From Treponemataceae bacterium (GTDB lineage: Bacteria > Spirochaetota > Spirochaetia > Treponematales > Rectinemataceae): DNA of 64,000 nucleotides. Of the stretch, positions 1 to 9,294 are shown piece after piece. The stretch spans positions 448,001 to 512,000 of the forward strand of contig CAXXGJ010000038.1 in the NCBI GenBank assembly GCA_963677895.2, written 5' to 3'. The notes beneath the pieces were generated by a model. It had not been told where the DNA came from. It searched no databases and saw only the letters and a program-made list of their open reading frames with translations. Numbering within the stretch: position 1 is the first letter of the stretch; each line of letters begins with the position of its first letter. Position numbers and translations under genes: made by a program.

Positions 1-1
1 G

Positions 2-751
2 ACGGGCCACGATCTCGTGGTTCCTCCCGTTTTCAAGCATTCAGAGAAGATCGAATCCCTGCTCGCCGCCAAGGCTAAGTTCGCCCCGACCTATATCGCC
101 CTCGATTATTCCGAGGAGCTTTCGGAAGCCGATCCCGCTTACAGGATCTCCTGGCTTCTGCGCATCCTGTCGGCCAAGGTCCCAGGCGCCGAAAATATAG
201 TTTTCGAAGCCAAGGAACTGCTCTTTTCCGGCAATTCGCCGTTCAATGGCCTCTTCGGCAACGGGCGGGGCCGGTATGGACGCGGCGTCGTGGCGCTCTA
301 TGGCCCGGACGCGAAAAGAACGGAACTTCTTCTCTCCAGACTTGAAAGCCTCCAGCCCGAAATCGCCAAACCAGGAAGTCGGGCAGCGGCTGACTCTTCA
401 AGTTTTCCGGCCTTCACGCGCCTGGGAAAAGCGCCGATCCCTTCTTTCGTCGATCTCGAGATCCGCCTGCCGGCCGAACATTCCGATGCCTTGCGGGAAG
501 CCTTCGAGGCTTTTGCGGCGGAACGCCAGCTTTCGTACACCGCGAAACGCGATGGCCGCGGCCGGCTCTATGTTTTTTCGGAAGGGTCGAAGGGCAGGAA
601 GATCATTGTGGACGCGAGAATGAGGGAAACCGACGCGACGGCCACGCTATCCCTGCGCGTCAGCGAAAAAGCCGAACTGTCGCCGCTTCTCGACGCGCTT
701 GGGGAAGGATGCGGATTCAGGCCCCTCGCGAAGGTTACGGGCTGGAGCTGA
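2..751 (+). CDS. Hypothetical protein, probably 5'-truncated at the window edge
   Basis: Frame is open from position 2 to the TGA at 749-751 and converges on queD. No motif recognised. Confidence 0.6.
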   Translation, partial: TGHDLVVPPVFKHSEKIESLLAAKAKFAPTYIALDYSEELSEADPAYRISWLLRILSAKVPGAENIVFEAKELLFSGNSPFNGLFGNGRGRYGRGVVALYGPDAKRTELLLSRLESLQPEIAKPGSRAAADSSSFPAFTRLGKAPIPSFVDLEIRLPAEHSDALREAFEAFAAERQLSYTAKRDGRGRLYVFSEGSKGRKIIVDARMRETDATATLSLRVSEKAELSPLLDALGEGCGFRPLAKVTGWS

Positions 752-759
752 GCGAGCCT

Positions 760-1122
760 TCAGCCTTTTCCGTACCTGGCCATCGATGTATCGGTCTCAA
801 AAACGTCCACGGCCGAAACCGGAAGCTCGGGATGGGCGGCCAGAATGCCGTCGAAGATATATTTAGCGATCCTCTCGGCGCTCGGATCGTCGGCGAACTG
901 CGGAATCTCGTTGAGATCGGAGTGATCGAGTCGCGCTATGATATCGCCCAAGGCCTTCTTCAGGATCCCGAAATCGACAAGCATGCCGCCTTCGCCCAGG
1001 CTTTCCCCCTCGGCCCATACCCTCACCTTATAATTGTGGCCATGGAGACGTTCGCACTTACCATGGTAATGGACCAGGTGGTGCGCCGCGGCGAATCCCG
1101 CTTCTATTCTCACGGTGAACAT
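760..1122 (-). CDS. queD: 6-carboxytetrahydropterin synthase (QueD/PTPS family)
   Basis: Motifs FAAAHHL, GKCERLHGHNY, LDHSDLNE, PSAERIA and VFETDTS. Start placed at ATG 1122 (MFTVRIE). Confidence 0.9.
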   Translation of the reverse strand: MFTVRIEAGFAAAHHLVHYHGKCERLHGHNYKVRVWAEGESLGEGGMLVDFGILKKALGDIIARLDHSDLNEIPQFADDPSAERIAKYIFDGILAAHPELPVSAVDVFETDTSMARYGKG

Positions 1123-1129
1123 ATTTCGA

Positions 1130-1158
1130 ACGATATCCCTTCCCATAAGGCTTGGCAA
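1130..1158 (-). promoter_or_regulatory. Sigma70-type promoter of queD (probably leaderless)
   Basis: TTGCCA-N17-TATCGT, ending 7 nt before the ATG, with no SD sequence. Confidence 0.5.
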
Positions 1159-1247
1159 GCCGATCCTCGACTTGATTTGCGCCCTTTTTGGGCTATACTT
1201 AGGTAAGCAAGACGATTTAGGATCCTACATCGTCCGAGGAGGCTTCA

Positions 1248-1787
1248 ATGAAGAAGATTCTTATGTGCATGATTCTGATACTCTGCGTTTCGGTTCCCGC
1301 CGCATTCAGCCAGTTCCGGTTCGAGATAGGCGCGAGCGCGCCAATCACCGTGGGCGCCTTCGACAGCTCAACCTCCGGTTTCGCCGATATCGGTAGCATA
1401 CTCGACGAAGTGGGCATCATCCCCATTCCAAACCTCGCGCTTCTCCTCCAGCTCGACGCCGGCCCGATCAAGCTGGGCGCCGGCATCAAGGCATGGACTG
1501 CCCTGATCGCGTCCGCGGCATATCCCATCGTGCAGGCTGAACTTGCCCTGGGATCCCTATCGATCGACGCAAGTCTCGGAGGCTACTTCCTGGCTTATTA
1601 TGGCGTACCCAACACCTTCGGTTTCGAAGAAATCGGAGCCTATATCCCCGACCTCTCCATATGGCTGGGCATCGGCAAGAAAAACGCCTTCAGGATAGGC
1701 GGAGGCGCCATGGGCTTGATCCCGACCTCCTTCGACCTGACCACCGTACCCTATGTCGTCTATGCGGGACTGAAGGTAGTGCTGTAG
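1248..1787 (+). CDS. Secreted, probable small outer-membrane beta-barrel protein
   Basis: GAGGAGG RBS, signal peptide (MKKILMCMILILCVSVPAAFS), alternating Gly/aromatic beta-strands, C-terminal YAGLKVVL. Confidence 0.7.
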   Translation: MKKILMCMILILCVSVPAAFSQFRFEIGASAPITVGAFDSSTSGFADIGSILDEVGIIPIPNLALLLQLDAGPIKLGAGIKAWTALIASAAYPIVQAELALGSLSIDASLGGYFLAYYGVPNTFGFEEIGAYIPDLSIWLGIGKKNAFRIGGGAMGLIPTSFDLTTVPYVVYAGLKVVL

Positions 1788-1827
1788 GAGTCCTTGACGA
1801 CCCCTTCCAAGCGCCATGCCGCGCGGG

Positions 1828-1863
1828 AAAGCCGCGCCGGAATATCTTCCGGCGCGGCTTTTT
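1828..1863 (+). terminator. Intrinsic terminator
   Basis: AAAGCCGCGCCGGAA-TATC-TTCCGGCGCGGCTTT followed by further T residues. Confidence 0.8.
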
Positions 1864-1943
1864 CATGGAACCGCGTCCCCGCAATCCGCGTCCGCCGCCT
1901 CCCGGTTGAATCCCTTTCTCCTCCATGATATCCTCCATCCGAA

Positions 1944-3512
1944 ATGAACAGACGCTTTTCGTCCCTCATCGCCGCCCTGCGGCCGCTTTCGGTGTCGGTA
2001 GGTTCCGATCCCGAGATTTCCGGAATCGAGTACGATTCGCGGAAGATCGGGAAAGGTAATCTATTCGTTGCCTTCCAGGGCATCCATAGCGACGGACACG
2101 ACTACATAGCCGCGGCCATCGCCCGCGGAGCCGCGGCCATTCTCCACGATAAGATCATCGAAAATCCCGTTCCGGGCATAAGTTACGCGCGCGTCGCCGA
2201 CGCACGCCTGAGCATGGGGCCTTTGGCCGCGGCTTTTTACGATCACCCTTCCTCTTCCCTCCGCGTCATCGGCGTGACGGGAACCGAGGGCAAGAGCACG
2301 ACCGTCTCCCTCATCTATCAGCTCCTCAATCTCGCGGGCACGAAAGCTGGCTTCTTTTCGACGGTCATGTCGGACACGGGATCGGGCGAAAAACCCAATC
2401 CGGAGCACCAGACGACGCCCGAAGCCACCGCCGTGCAGAGGATGCTCGCCATGATGCGCGACGCGGGATATGCCTGCGCCGTGGTCGAATCCTCCAGCCA
2501 CGGGCTCAGCGACCGTACGGGCAGACTCGCCGATGTCGCCTTCGACATCGGGGTCATGACCAATGTCACGAGCGAGCACCTGGAATTCCACGGCACCTGG
2601 GAGCGGTACCGCCACGACAAGGCCAATCTGTTCAGGAACCTGGACGCCCACGACCACATGAAGTCAGTCAAGGGAAAGCCCGTACGCATCTCCTCCGCCG
2701 GCATCGTCAACGCCGACGATCCGAGCGCCGGATATTTCGCGTCCTGCACGACGAAGCCGGTGCTTTCCTATTCGGCGAAAGGCGCCAAGGCGACGATTTC
2801 GGCCGCCCGCATCGTCTCGGACCCACAAGGCTCCAGCTTCTTCGTCGAAGCGCCGGAGCTGGGGATGAGCGGAGTTCCCGCCAGGATAAACCTGCCCGGC
2901 GAATTCAACGTCGGCAACAGCCTCGCGGCGCTTCTGGCCGTCTCCGTCGCGACGGGAAAACCCTGCGCGGAACTCCTTCCCCTCCTGCCCGCGCTGAAGC
3001 CCGTGCGCGGAAGAATGATGAACATAGAGAAGGGCCAGCCCTTCGAAGTGATCATCGATTATGCCCATACGCCATCTTCCTTCGAGGCCATACTTCCCCC
3101 GATACGGAAACGCGTCGAAGGCAGGGTCTTTTGCCTTTTCGGTTCGGGCGGCGAAAGAGACACCGAAAAGCGTCCCAGGCAGGGAGCGGTGGCGGCTGAA
3201 TACTGCGATGTCGTCATCCTGACCGACGAGGATCCGCGGGGAGAAAACCCCATGGACCTCCTCGAGGAAATCGCCGCCGGCTGCCCCGAACTTCCGCGAG
3301 GGGAACGGCTCTTCCTCATTCCCGACCGCCCCCAGGCCATACGCAAGGCATTTTCCATGGCGAGGGCTCATGATGCCGTTCTCCTTCTTGGCAAGGGACA
3401 TGAGAATTCCATAATCTACAAAGATCGTTCGATACCTTACGACGAGGAAGCCGAAGCCGTCGCCGCGCTCGGGGAAATGGGATTCCCGAACGATTCCGCG
3501 GCTCAATCCTGA
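1944..3512 (+). CDS. murE: UDP-MurNAc-dipeptide:diamino acid ligase MurE
   Basis: YDSRKI, GVTGTEGKST P-loop, TTPE, ESSSHGL, TNVTSEHL, DYAHTP, DEDPR and GKGHE motifs. Confidence 0.95.
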   Translation: MNRRFSSLIAALRPLSVSVGSDPEISGIEYDSRKIGKGNLFVAFQGIHSDGHDYIAAAIARGAAAILHDKIIENPVPGISYARVADARLSMGPLAAAFYDHPSSSLRVIGVTGTEGKSTTVSLIYQLLNLAGTKAGFFSTVMSDTGSGEKPNPEHQTTPEATAVQRMLAMMRDAGYACAVVESSSHGLSDRTGRLADVAFDIGVMTNVTSEHLEFHGTWERYRHDKANLFRNLDAHDHMKSVKGKPVRISSAGIVNADDPSAGYFASCTTKPVLSYSAKGAKATISAARIVSDPQGSSFFVEAPELGMSGVPARINLPGEFNVGNSLAALLAVSVATGKPCAELLPLLPALKPVRGRMMNIEKGQPFEVIIDYAHTPSSFEAILPPIRKRVEGRVFCLFGSGGERDTEKRPRQGAVAAEYCDVVILTDEDPRGENPMDLLEEIAAGCPELPRGERLFLIPDRPQAIRKAFSMARAHDAVLLLGKGHENSIIYKDRSIPYDEEAEAVAALGEMGFPNDSAAQS

Positions 3513-3532
3513 TTTCTGAAAAAGGATGTGTT

Positions 3533-4696
3533 ATGAAGACAATTGCGATTCTCTACGGCGGCAGATCCGGCGAGCATGAAGTCTCCCTCATTTCGGCGGC
3601 CAGCATCGTGGGGCGGCTCAACGCCAAGAAATATAAAGTCCTCCTCATCGGCATCAAGAAAACGGGGGAATGGCTTCTCCAGGATCCATCCGCGCTGAAA
3701 AACGCGAGAATGGCCGCAAAAGCGGACGAAAAGACCGGCGAAGGATCCGAAGGCCGACAGGACATGAGCGGACTGCCTTCCATCAATCAAGGACGCAGGG
3801 TTTTCGTGGCCCCCGGAGCCGGTCTCTTCGTCGAGAAGCGCGATGGCGGAACCGAAAGTCTCCGCTGCGACATTGTCTTCCCCGTGCTGCACGGCACCTT
3901 CGGCGAGGATGGGACGATACAAGGCCTTCTCGAGTGCGCGGGCCTCCCTTACGTGGGCGCCGGCGTCCTCGGTTCCGCCATCGGCATGGACAAGCACGTG
4001 GCCAAGGAACTCTGGCTCCGCGAGGGTCTCCCCGTCGTCGATTCGATCCTGGTGAGGGCCGCGGACAGGGCGAATCCCCAGTTCATGGCCAATCTCTCGA
4101 GGAAAATCGAAGCCCGATTCGGCTGGCCCTGCTTCGTCAAACCCTCCAGCTGCGGATCTTCCGTCGGCGCCTCGAAAGCCGGGAATATGGAGGCGCTTGA
4201 GGCGGCCCTGGACTTTGCCCTCGCCTACGACGAAAAGGTTCTCGTGGAGAAATTCATCAGCGCCAGGGAAATCGAATGCGCCGTGCTGGGCAACGAAAAG
4301 CCCAAGGCCTTCGCGCCGGGCGAAATAGTGCCGGCCCATGAATTCTACGATTACGAGGCCAAGTACAAGGATCCCAACGGAGCGACGCTCTGCGTTCCGG
4401 CTTCCATCCCTCCCCAGCAGGCTGAAACCATCCAGGCGCTCGCCGTCAAGGCATACAAGGCTTGCGGGCTTTCTGGAATGGCACGGGTGGACTTCTTCAT
4501 CGACCGGCGCACCGGCGATATTCTCATCAACGAAGTGAACACCATTCCGGGATTTACCGCCATCTCCATGTATCCCCGGATGTGCGAAGCGGGCGGCCTG
4601 CCCTATCCCGAACTCCTGGATACCCTTCTCTCCCTCGCCGTCGAGCGATTCGAGCGGCGCGAGGCGCTGAGCTATTCCTACGAGAAAAGCAAATGA
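3533..4696 (+). CDS. ddl: D-alanine--D-alanine ligase
   Basis: GGRSGEHEVSL, FPVLHGTFGEDG, GSSVG, FYDYEAKY and NEVNTIPGFT motifs. Confidence 0.96.
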   Translation: MKTIAILYGGRSGEHEVSLISAASIVGRLNAKKYKVLLIGIKKTGEWLLQDPSALKNARMAAKADEKTGEGSEGRQDMSGLPSINQGRRVFVAPGAGLFVEKRDGGTESLRCDIVFPVLHGTFGEDGTIQGLLECAGLPYVGAGVLGSAIGMDKHVAKELWLREGLPVVDSILVRAADRANPQFMANLSRKIEARFGWPCFVKPSSCGSSVGASKAGNMEALEAALDFALAYDEKVLVEKFISAREIECAVLGNEKPKAFAPGEIVPAHEFYDYEAKYKDPNGATLCVPASIPPQQAETIQALAVKAYKACGLSGMARVDFFIDRRTGDILINEVNTIPGFTAISMYPRMCEAGGLPYPELLDTLLSLAVERFERREALSYSYEKSK

Positions 4697-4748
4697 CCGA
4701 ATGGCGGACCATCCCGGGCCCGACCTAGGCCTGGCGCGGGTCCGCCAT

Positions 4749-4787
4749 TCTGCATCATTATGCAGATACATTACATAATTATCTATA
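4749..4787. promoter_or_regulatory. Tandem ARG-box-like operator upstream of rocD
   Basis: TCTGCAT-CATT-ATGCAGA (palindromic arms), a 3-bp spacer, then ATTACATAATTATCTATA. Both fit WNTGNATWWWWATNCANW with 1-2 mismatches. Confidence 0.6.
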
Positions 4788-4911
4788 CCATTACAATTTA
4801 GCAATTTTTCCCCTCTGGCGCGGAAGAGAATCCCAGTATACACTATGACAATCGCCATTCCCCAATCGGCTTTACATCGACAGAAAGGCGAGATACCAAG
4901 GAGGTTCTTCC

Positions 4912-6111
4912 ATGAAGTCCCAGGACTACATCGCCCTGGACGCAACGTTCGGCGCGCATAACTACCATCCGCTCCCCGTCGTCATCGCTGAGGCAAAAGG
5001 CTGCAAGGTAAAAGACCCTGAAGGCAAGATCTACTTCGATTTCCTGTCGGCATATTCGGCCGTCAACCAGGGGCATCTCCACCCGCGCATCATCAAGGCG
5101 GTGAAGGACCAGCTTGAAAAGGTCACCCTCACTTCGAGGGCTTTCCATAACGACAAGATGGGCCTGTTCCTTAAAAAGCTCTGCGAATACACGGGCTACG
5201 AGGCGGCCCTCCCCATGAACACAGGCGCCGAAGCGGTCGAAACCGCTCTCAAGGCGGCCAGGCGCTGGGGCGCCGAGATCAGGGGAGTACCCAACGGCAA
5301 GCAGACGATCATATGCGCCGAAGGCAATTTCCATGGAAGAACCCTGGCGGCTATCTCCATGTCCATAGATCCCGAATCCCTCGTCAACTACGGTCCCTAC
5401 GTGCCCGGTTTCATCAAAGTACCTTACGCCGACGCCCAGGCCGTCGAGAGCAGAATCGACGAGAATACCGTCGCCGTGATCGTCGAACCTATTCAGGGAG
5501 AGGCCGGAGTGGTGGTTCCGCCCGAGGGTTACCTAGCCCGCCTGAGGAAGATATGCGACAGGCACGGCATCCTCCTCATCTTCGATGAGATCCAAACGGG
5601 TTTCTGCAGGACCGGCAGGCGTTTCGCTTGGCAGTACGAAGATGCCCGCCCCGACATCATGTGTCTCGGCAAGGCCCTCGGCGGCGGCATCATGCCTATC
5701 TCCGCCATCGTGGCCGACAAGAAGGTGATGGACGTATTCACTCCCGGCACGCATGGTTCCACCTTCGGCGGAAATCCCCTCGCCTGCGCCGTGGGAATCG
5801 CGGCTATCGAAGTGCTCGAGGACGAGAAACTCGAGGAAAACGCCGCGCGCCTCGGCGAGCTGTTCCGCAAGGAAGCGGCCGCCATCCCCTGCGCGAAAAT
5901 GAAGCTGGTGCGCGGCAAGGGCCTCCTGAACGCCATTGTCTTCGAGGAAGGGTTCCAGGCTTGGGATGTCTGTCTCGCCTTGAGGGATGAGGGGCTGCTG
6001 GCCAAGCAGACTCACGGCAATATCATCCGCTTCGCCCCGCCGCTTGTAATCACCGAGGCGGAACTGCGCGAAGCCTTGGAGATCATCGCCCGGGTCCTGA
6101 AGCGGATCTGA
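4912..6111 (+). CDS. rocD: Ornithine--oxo-acid transaminase
   Basis: GAHNYHPLPVV, DFLSAYSAVNQGH, MNTGAEAVETALK, DEIQTG, LGKALGGG and HGSTFGGNPL motifs. Confidence 0.95.
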   Translation: MKSQDYIALDATFGAHNYHPLPVVIAEAKGCKVKDPEGKIYFDFLSAYSAVNQGHLHPRIIKAVKDQLEKVTLTSRAFHNDKMGLFLKKLCEYTGYEAALPMNTGAEAVETALKAARRWGAEIRGVPNGKQTIICAEGNFHGRTLAAISMSIDPESLVNYGPYVPGFIKVPYADAQAVESRIDENTVAVIVEPIQGEAGVVVPPEGYLARLRKICDRHGILLIFDEIQTGFCRTGRRFAWQYEDARPDIMCLGKALGGGIMPISAIVADKKVMDVFTPGTHGSTFGGNPLACAVGIAAIEVLEDEKLEENAARLGELFRKEAAAIPCAKMKLVRGKGLLNAIVFEEGFQAWDVCLALRDEGLLAKQTHGNIIRFAPPLVITEAELREALEIIARVLKRI

Positions 6112-6155
6112 GCTTCCATCTTCCCCGGTCCATTTCAGCCCGATTTTCTGCTATG

Positions 6156-6192
6156 AAAAGGGGCGCGGGATTCCATCCCGCGCCCCTTTTTT
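6156..6192. terminator. Bidirectional intrinsic terminator
   Basis: AAAAGGGGCGCGGGA-TTCCA-TCCCGCGCCCCTTTTTT between convergent rocD and the kinase gene. Confidence 0.85.
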
Positions 6193-6204
6193 ACTTTCCA
6201 GAAT

Positions 6205-7611
6205 TTATGTACCCGAAGGCGATTGTTCTTCTTTCAGAGTGATCAGGAAGACCGCGCCGCCGCCCCTTTCCCCGCCTTCGTAGGTCAGGCTTCCCCCGAA
6301 GGACTCGACGAGGCGCTTGGCCAGCGCGAGGCCTATGCCGCTGCCCTTTTCCTTCGTCGTGAAGAAAGGATCGAAAATGCGGGACAGTATTTCGGGGGGC
6401 ACGCCCCTTCCCGAATCCACCACGGCTATGACCCAATTGTTTTCCCTGCGGAAAAGCTTGAGGGCGATCCGCTTTTCTCCGGCCGGGAGATCTTCCACCG
6501 CTTCGATGGCGTTGCGCAGGAGATTGTCCAGCGCGGTGACGAGCTTGTCGGCGTCGGCGAGGACCATGGCCATCCCTTCCGCGGGAATTTCCTGGGCAAG
6601 GCTGATATCCGAATCCTTCAGATCTTGATAGCGGCCGCAGAATGCCGTCAGGAATTGAACGAGATCTAGAGGATCGCGCTGGGCCGGTTTCGATTTCAGG
6701 AATTCGCGGATACGGTCGGCCAATCCCGAGAGTCTCATTATCTCGCCTTCGATGATATCGGCGGACTGGGTCAATGGCGCCGAAGTCTCGGGCTGCGACG
6801 CGATTCGCCTTATCTTGGCCGTCTGGATGCGCATGATGCCGAGAGGATTTTTTATTTCGTGCACAAGGGTTCTGGCCGCCTCCCCGAGCTGGACGAGCTC
6901 CCTCGTCTCCGCTTCGCGGCTCACCAGCTCCTCATTGTGCCTGAATACGAAAATCAGGACGATATACAGTCCAAGGAGAGCGGCGGTGATCAGCGCCGCC
7001 ACGAGGAAAAACTGCAGCCTCTCGGCGCTCAGGCCGTTGGCCGAATATTCCATCCAGATGAGATAGGTACCTGTCAGAGCGTTTTGCGCCGGCGTCGCGA
7101 CCGGATCATCCTGAAGCCCTGGCGAGAGCGGAGCGGCCAGTCTCCCCCTTCCCATGCCCATCCCGGTCCCGTTTCCGCCTGTTCCCATCATCCTGGACGG
7201 ATTCTGCAACCCGGAATAGCGCAAAAGCCGCAATGTCTTCTTGTCCTCCGAGAAAGAAACCGAGACTCCGCCCGGCAGGTCGCCGTTTCGGTTGTCCTGT
7301 CTTCTCGCCCATAGCACGTCCCTGAGCAGAATCGTCTCCGGGGCCGTACCATAGCGCTGGATGGAGCTGCCGTCGATTCGGTAGAAGCCGAAGCCCAAAA
7401 CCCGCTTGTCGCCTTCGGGGGTAAAGGATCTGTCCTGTCGATATTCGTCGACGATGGCGCTGGAAGCCCGAAACGCCTCATACTCGAGGAGGAGGTCCTT
7501 GCGCTCGGTTTCCCTGATCATGATGATCCAGAGCAAGGCCACCGCGCTGAGAAGCACGAAGGCGGAGGCGAACATGAGAACGCGCGCCGATTTATTCTTG
7601 ATGGTCTTCAT
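6205..7611 (-). CDS. Membrane sensor histidine kinase (two TM helices, HisKA + HATPase)
   Basis: H-box LVHEIKNPL, N-box NLLRNAIEA, DSGRG, FDPFFTTK and GSGIGL. Start placed at ATG 7611. Confidence 0.92.
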   Translation of the reverse strand: MKTIKNKSARVLMFASAFVLLSAVALLWIIMIRETERKDLLLEYEAFRASSAIVDEYRQDRSFTPEGDKRVLGFGFYRIDGSSIQRYGTAPETILLRDVLWARRQDNRNGDLPGGVSVSFSEDKKTLRLLRYSGLQNPSRMMGTGGNGTGMGMGRGRLAAPLSPGLQDDPVATPAQNALTGTYLIWMEYSANGLSAERLQFFLVAALITAALLGLYIVLIFVFRHNEELVSREAETRELVQLGEAARTLVHEIKNPLGIMRIQTAKIRRIASQPETSAPLTQSADIIEGEIMRLSGLADRIREFLKSKPAQRDPLDLVQFLTAFCGRYQDLKDSDISLAQEIPAEGMAMVLADADKLVTALDNLLRNAIEAVEDLPAGEKRIALKLFRRENNWVIAVVDSGRGVPPEILSRIFDPFFTTKEKGSGIGLALAKRLVESFGGSLTYEGGERGGGAVFLITLKEEQSPSGT

Positions 7612-7710
7612 GATAGAATGACTGATGATATCATGTCTTCCGCGGCGCCGCCATCCATCCGCGCTTGTCTCGCCGCCGCGCCCCGTGCTACAACAACCTT
7701 GGTTCAGCCA

Positions 7711-9294
7711 ATGAAAAGAGTCATCCAAGCCATCCTGATCGTGGCGTTCATCCTCGCTTTCGGTCTTTTTATCTATTTTTTTGCCCGGATGCAGCAGGAA
7801 AACCTGGCCGCGACATTGCCTGTCGCGGGAAGGGTCGTGGAAATAGAAGCCTTATCGAGCGAAGCGGGCAAAGTCGGCGAAAAATCCACGGCGGCGCAGC
7901 GGTCGAAGATCAACCTGGAATGGGATGAGACTCTGCTCGACGTCGTCGATATGAACCTGGACGAAGACGAAGATCTGGAGCAAATCCTGATCGTGAAGCC
8001 TACCAACACGCAAAACGGAAGGATTTCCATCGTCATCGCCGATTTTCAGCCCAATTCCAGCAGCTATTTCAGACTCTGGAAGGGTGAAACCCTCGCCACA
8101 AAACCCAATGCGGTCGTTGTCCAGCCCAAGGATCTTCTGGCCGACGGGAGCGTCGATCTCTTCTGCTACGGAATAGACGAAGACAATAGGCAAACCCTCA
8201 CGGTATTCAAACGCCCCTCCGCCCGATCCAATTCCTATTACACCGTCTTTTCGGCATCGGGACTGTCCATAAGCTTCGAGGAGCCGGCCGAGGTCGAGGC
8301 CGAAACCGGTATCGACGAATCCAGGTCGAAGAAGACCTTGTCCCAACTTCTGGCTGAACTCCTTCCCAAGGGCAAGGATCCGGTCATGATCAGCGTCTAT
8401 GTGGAAGCTCCCGGTGGGGCATCCCCGCTCGACCAGAAAAGAATCTCGTATTCATGGAATCCTTTCAGCAGGAAATTCGAGCGAGGAGCGGAATCTTTCG
8501 TTCCCGGTGAAAATGTCGAACAGCTTTTCATTAACAGGATTCTCACCGGGCGAGCGGAGGACTTCGACGCCTATCTGAAGGGGCTTTGGATAAAGGAAGA
8601 CGAAAATGGCGCCGTGCCCACCCTCGTCTTCTTCGATCCCGAAGGAAGAAAGATTTCCCTCCATAGCGAGCAGGAACAGCAGCAATGGGACTGGGGCAAA
8701 TCGAACGCGGCCTTCGCGGGAATTTACGCGCCTATTTCCAACAGCGCCGTGCCCGATATGATCCGCCTTCTCGGCATCGATCTCGTGGGTTTGGATAAGG
8801 TGAGGATACGAGCCACGGCGCAGCAGATCGTCAAGTTCGCCATGAAGGAGGACTGGAACGGTGTCTACCGACGCCCGCCTGAAGAAAACACGATGTTAGG
8901 CGCGAAAAGTTTTAAAGTGCTGCCCGCCGAGACATACTTCAGCGTGGAGCTCGATGGCAGCCAGGCTGAGACAGTCTTGAGACCGGAAGATTTCGACGGT
9001 TACTACGCTTCGGAAAACGGCATGCGGCTCGACCTGGTCGGGGGAAAATTCAGGCTGAGTCCATCTTCGCGGGGATTCTTCTCGCTATTCCAGGTCGAGG
9101 ACGCGGTCATACTGGATCTCAGCCTCATCGATGACAAATCCATTCCGTCCGGCAGACTCAGCTATATCGTTAAAATCAGGCTGGGAAAAAACGATGGAAT
9201 CAGCACGCTTATCCTTCAGCCCGCTCAGGTTCTTTCCGACAGGGTGGAAAGACTGTACCAGCCCGATATCCTGCTCCGGAAACTCGACGACTAA
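7711..9294 (+). CDS. Membrane-anchored exported protein, probable pallilysin(Tp0751)-related family
   Basis: N-terminal TM anchor and acidic DMNLDEDEDLEQ loop. Converges on the SPOR-miaB genes, as recalled for treponemes. Family call is from memory. Confidence 0.55.
   Translation: MKRVIQAILIVAFILAFGLFIYFFARMQQENLAATLPVAGRVVEIEALSSEAGKVGEKSTAAQRSKINLEWDETLLDVVDMNLDEDEDLEQILIVKPTNTQNGRISIVIADFQPNSSSYFRLWKGETLATKPNAVVVQPKDLLADGSVDLFCYGIDEDNRQTLTVFKRPSARSNSYYTVFSASGLSISFEEPAEVEAETGIDESRSKKTLSQLLAELLPKGKDPVMISVYVEAPGGASPLDQKRISYSWNPFSRKFERGAESFVPGENVEQLFINRILTGRAEDFDAYLKGLWIKEDENGAVPTLVFFDPEGRKISLHSEQEQQQWDWGKSNAAFAGIYAPISNSAVPDMIRLLGIDLVGLDKVRIRATAQQIVKFAMKEDWNGVYRRPPEENTMLGAKSFKVLPAETYFSVELDGSQAETVLRPEDFDGYYASENGMRLDLVGGKFRLSPSSRGFFSLFQVEDAVILDLSLIDDKSIPSGRLSYIVKIRLGKNDGISTLILQPAQVLSDRVERLYQPDILLRKLDD

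Noticed and set aside
4810..4835. Sigma54 promoter for rocD (TGGCGCG), by analogy with Bacillus
   Set aside because: No GC at the -12 position.
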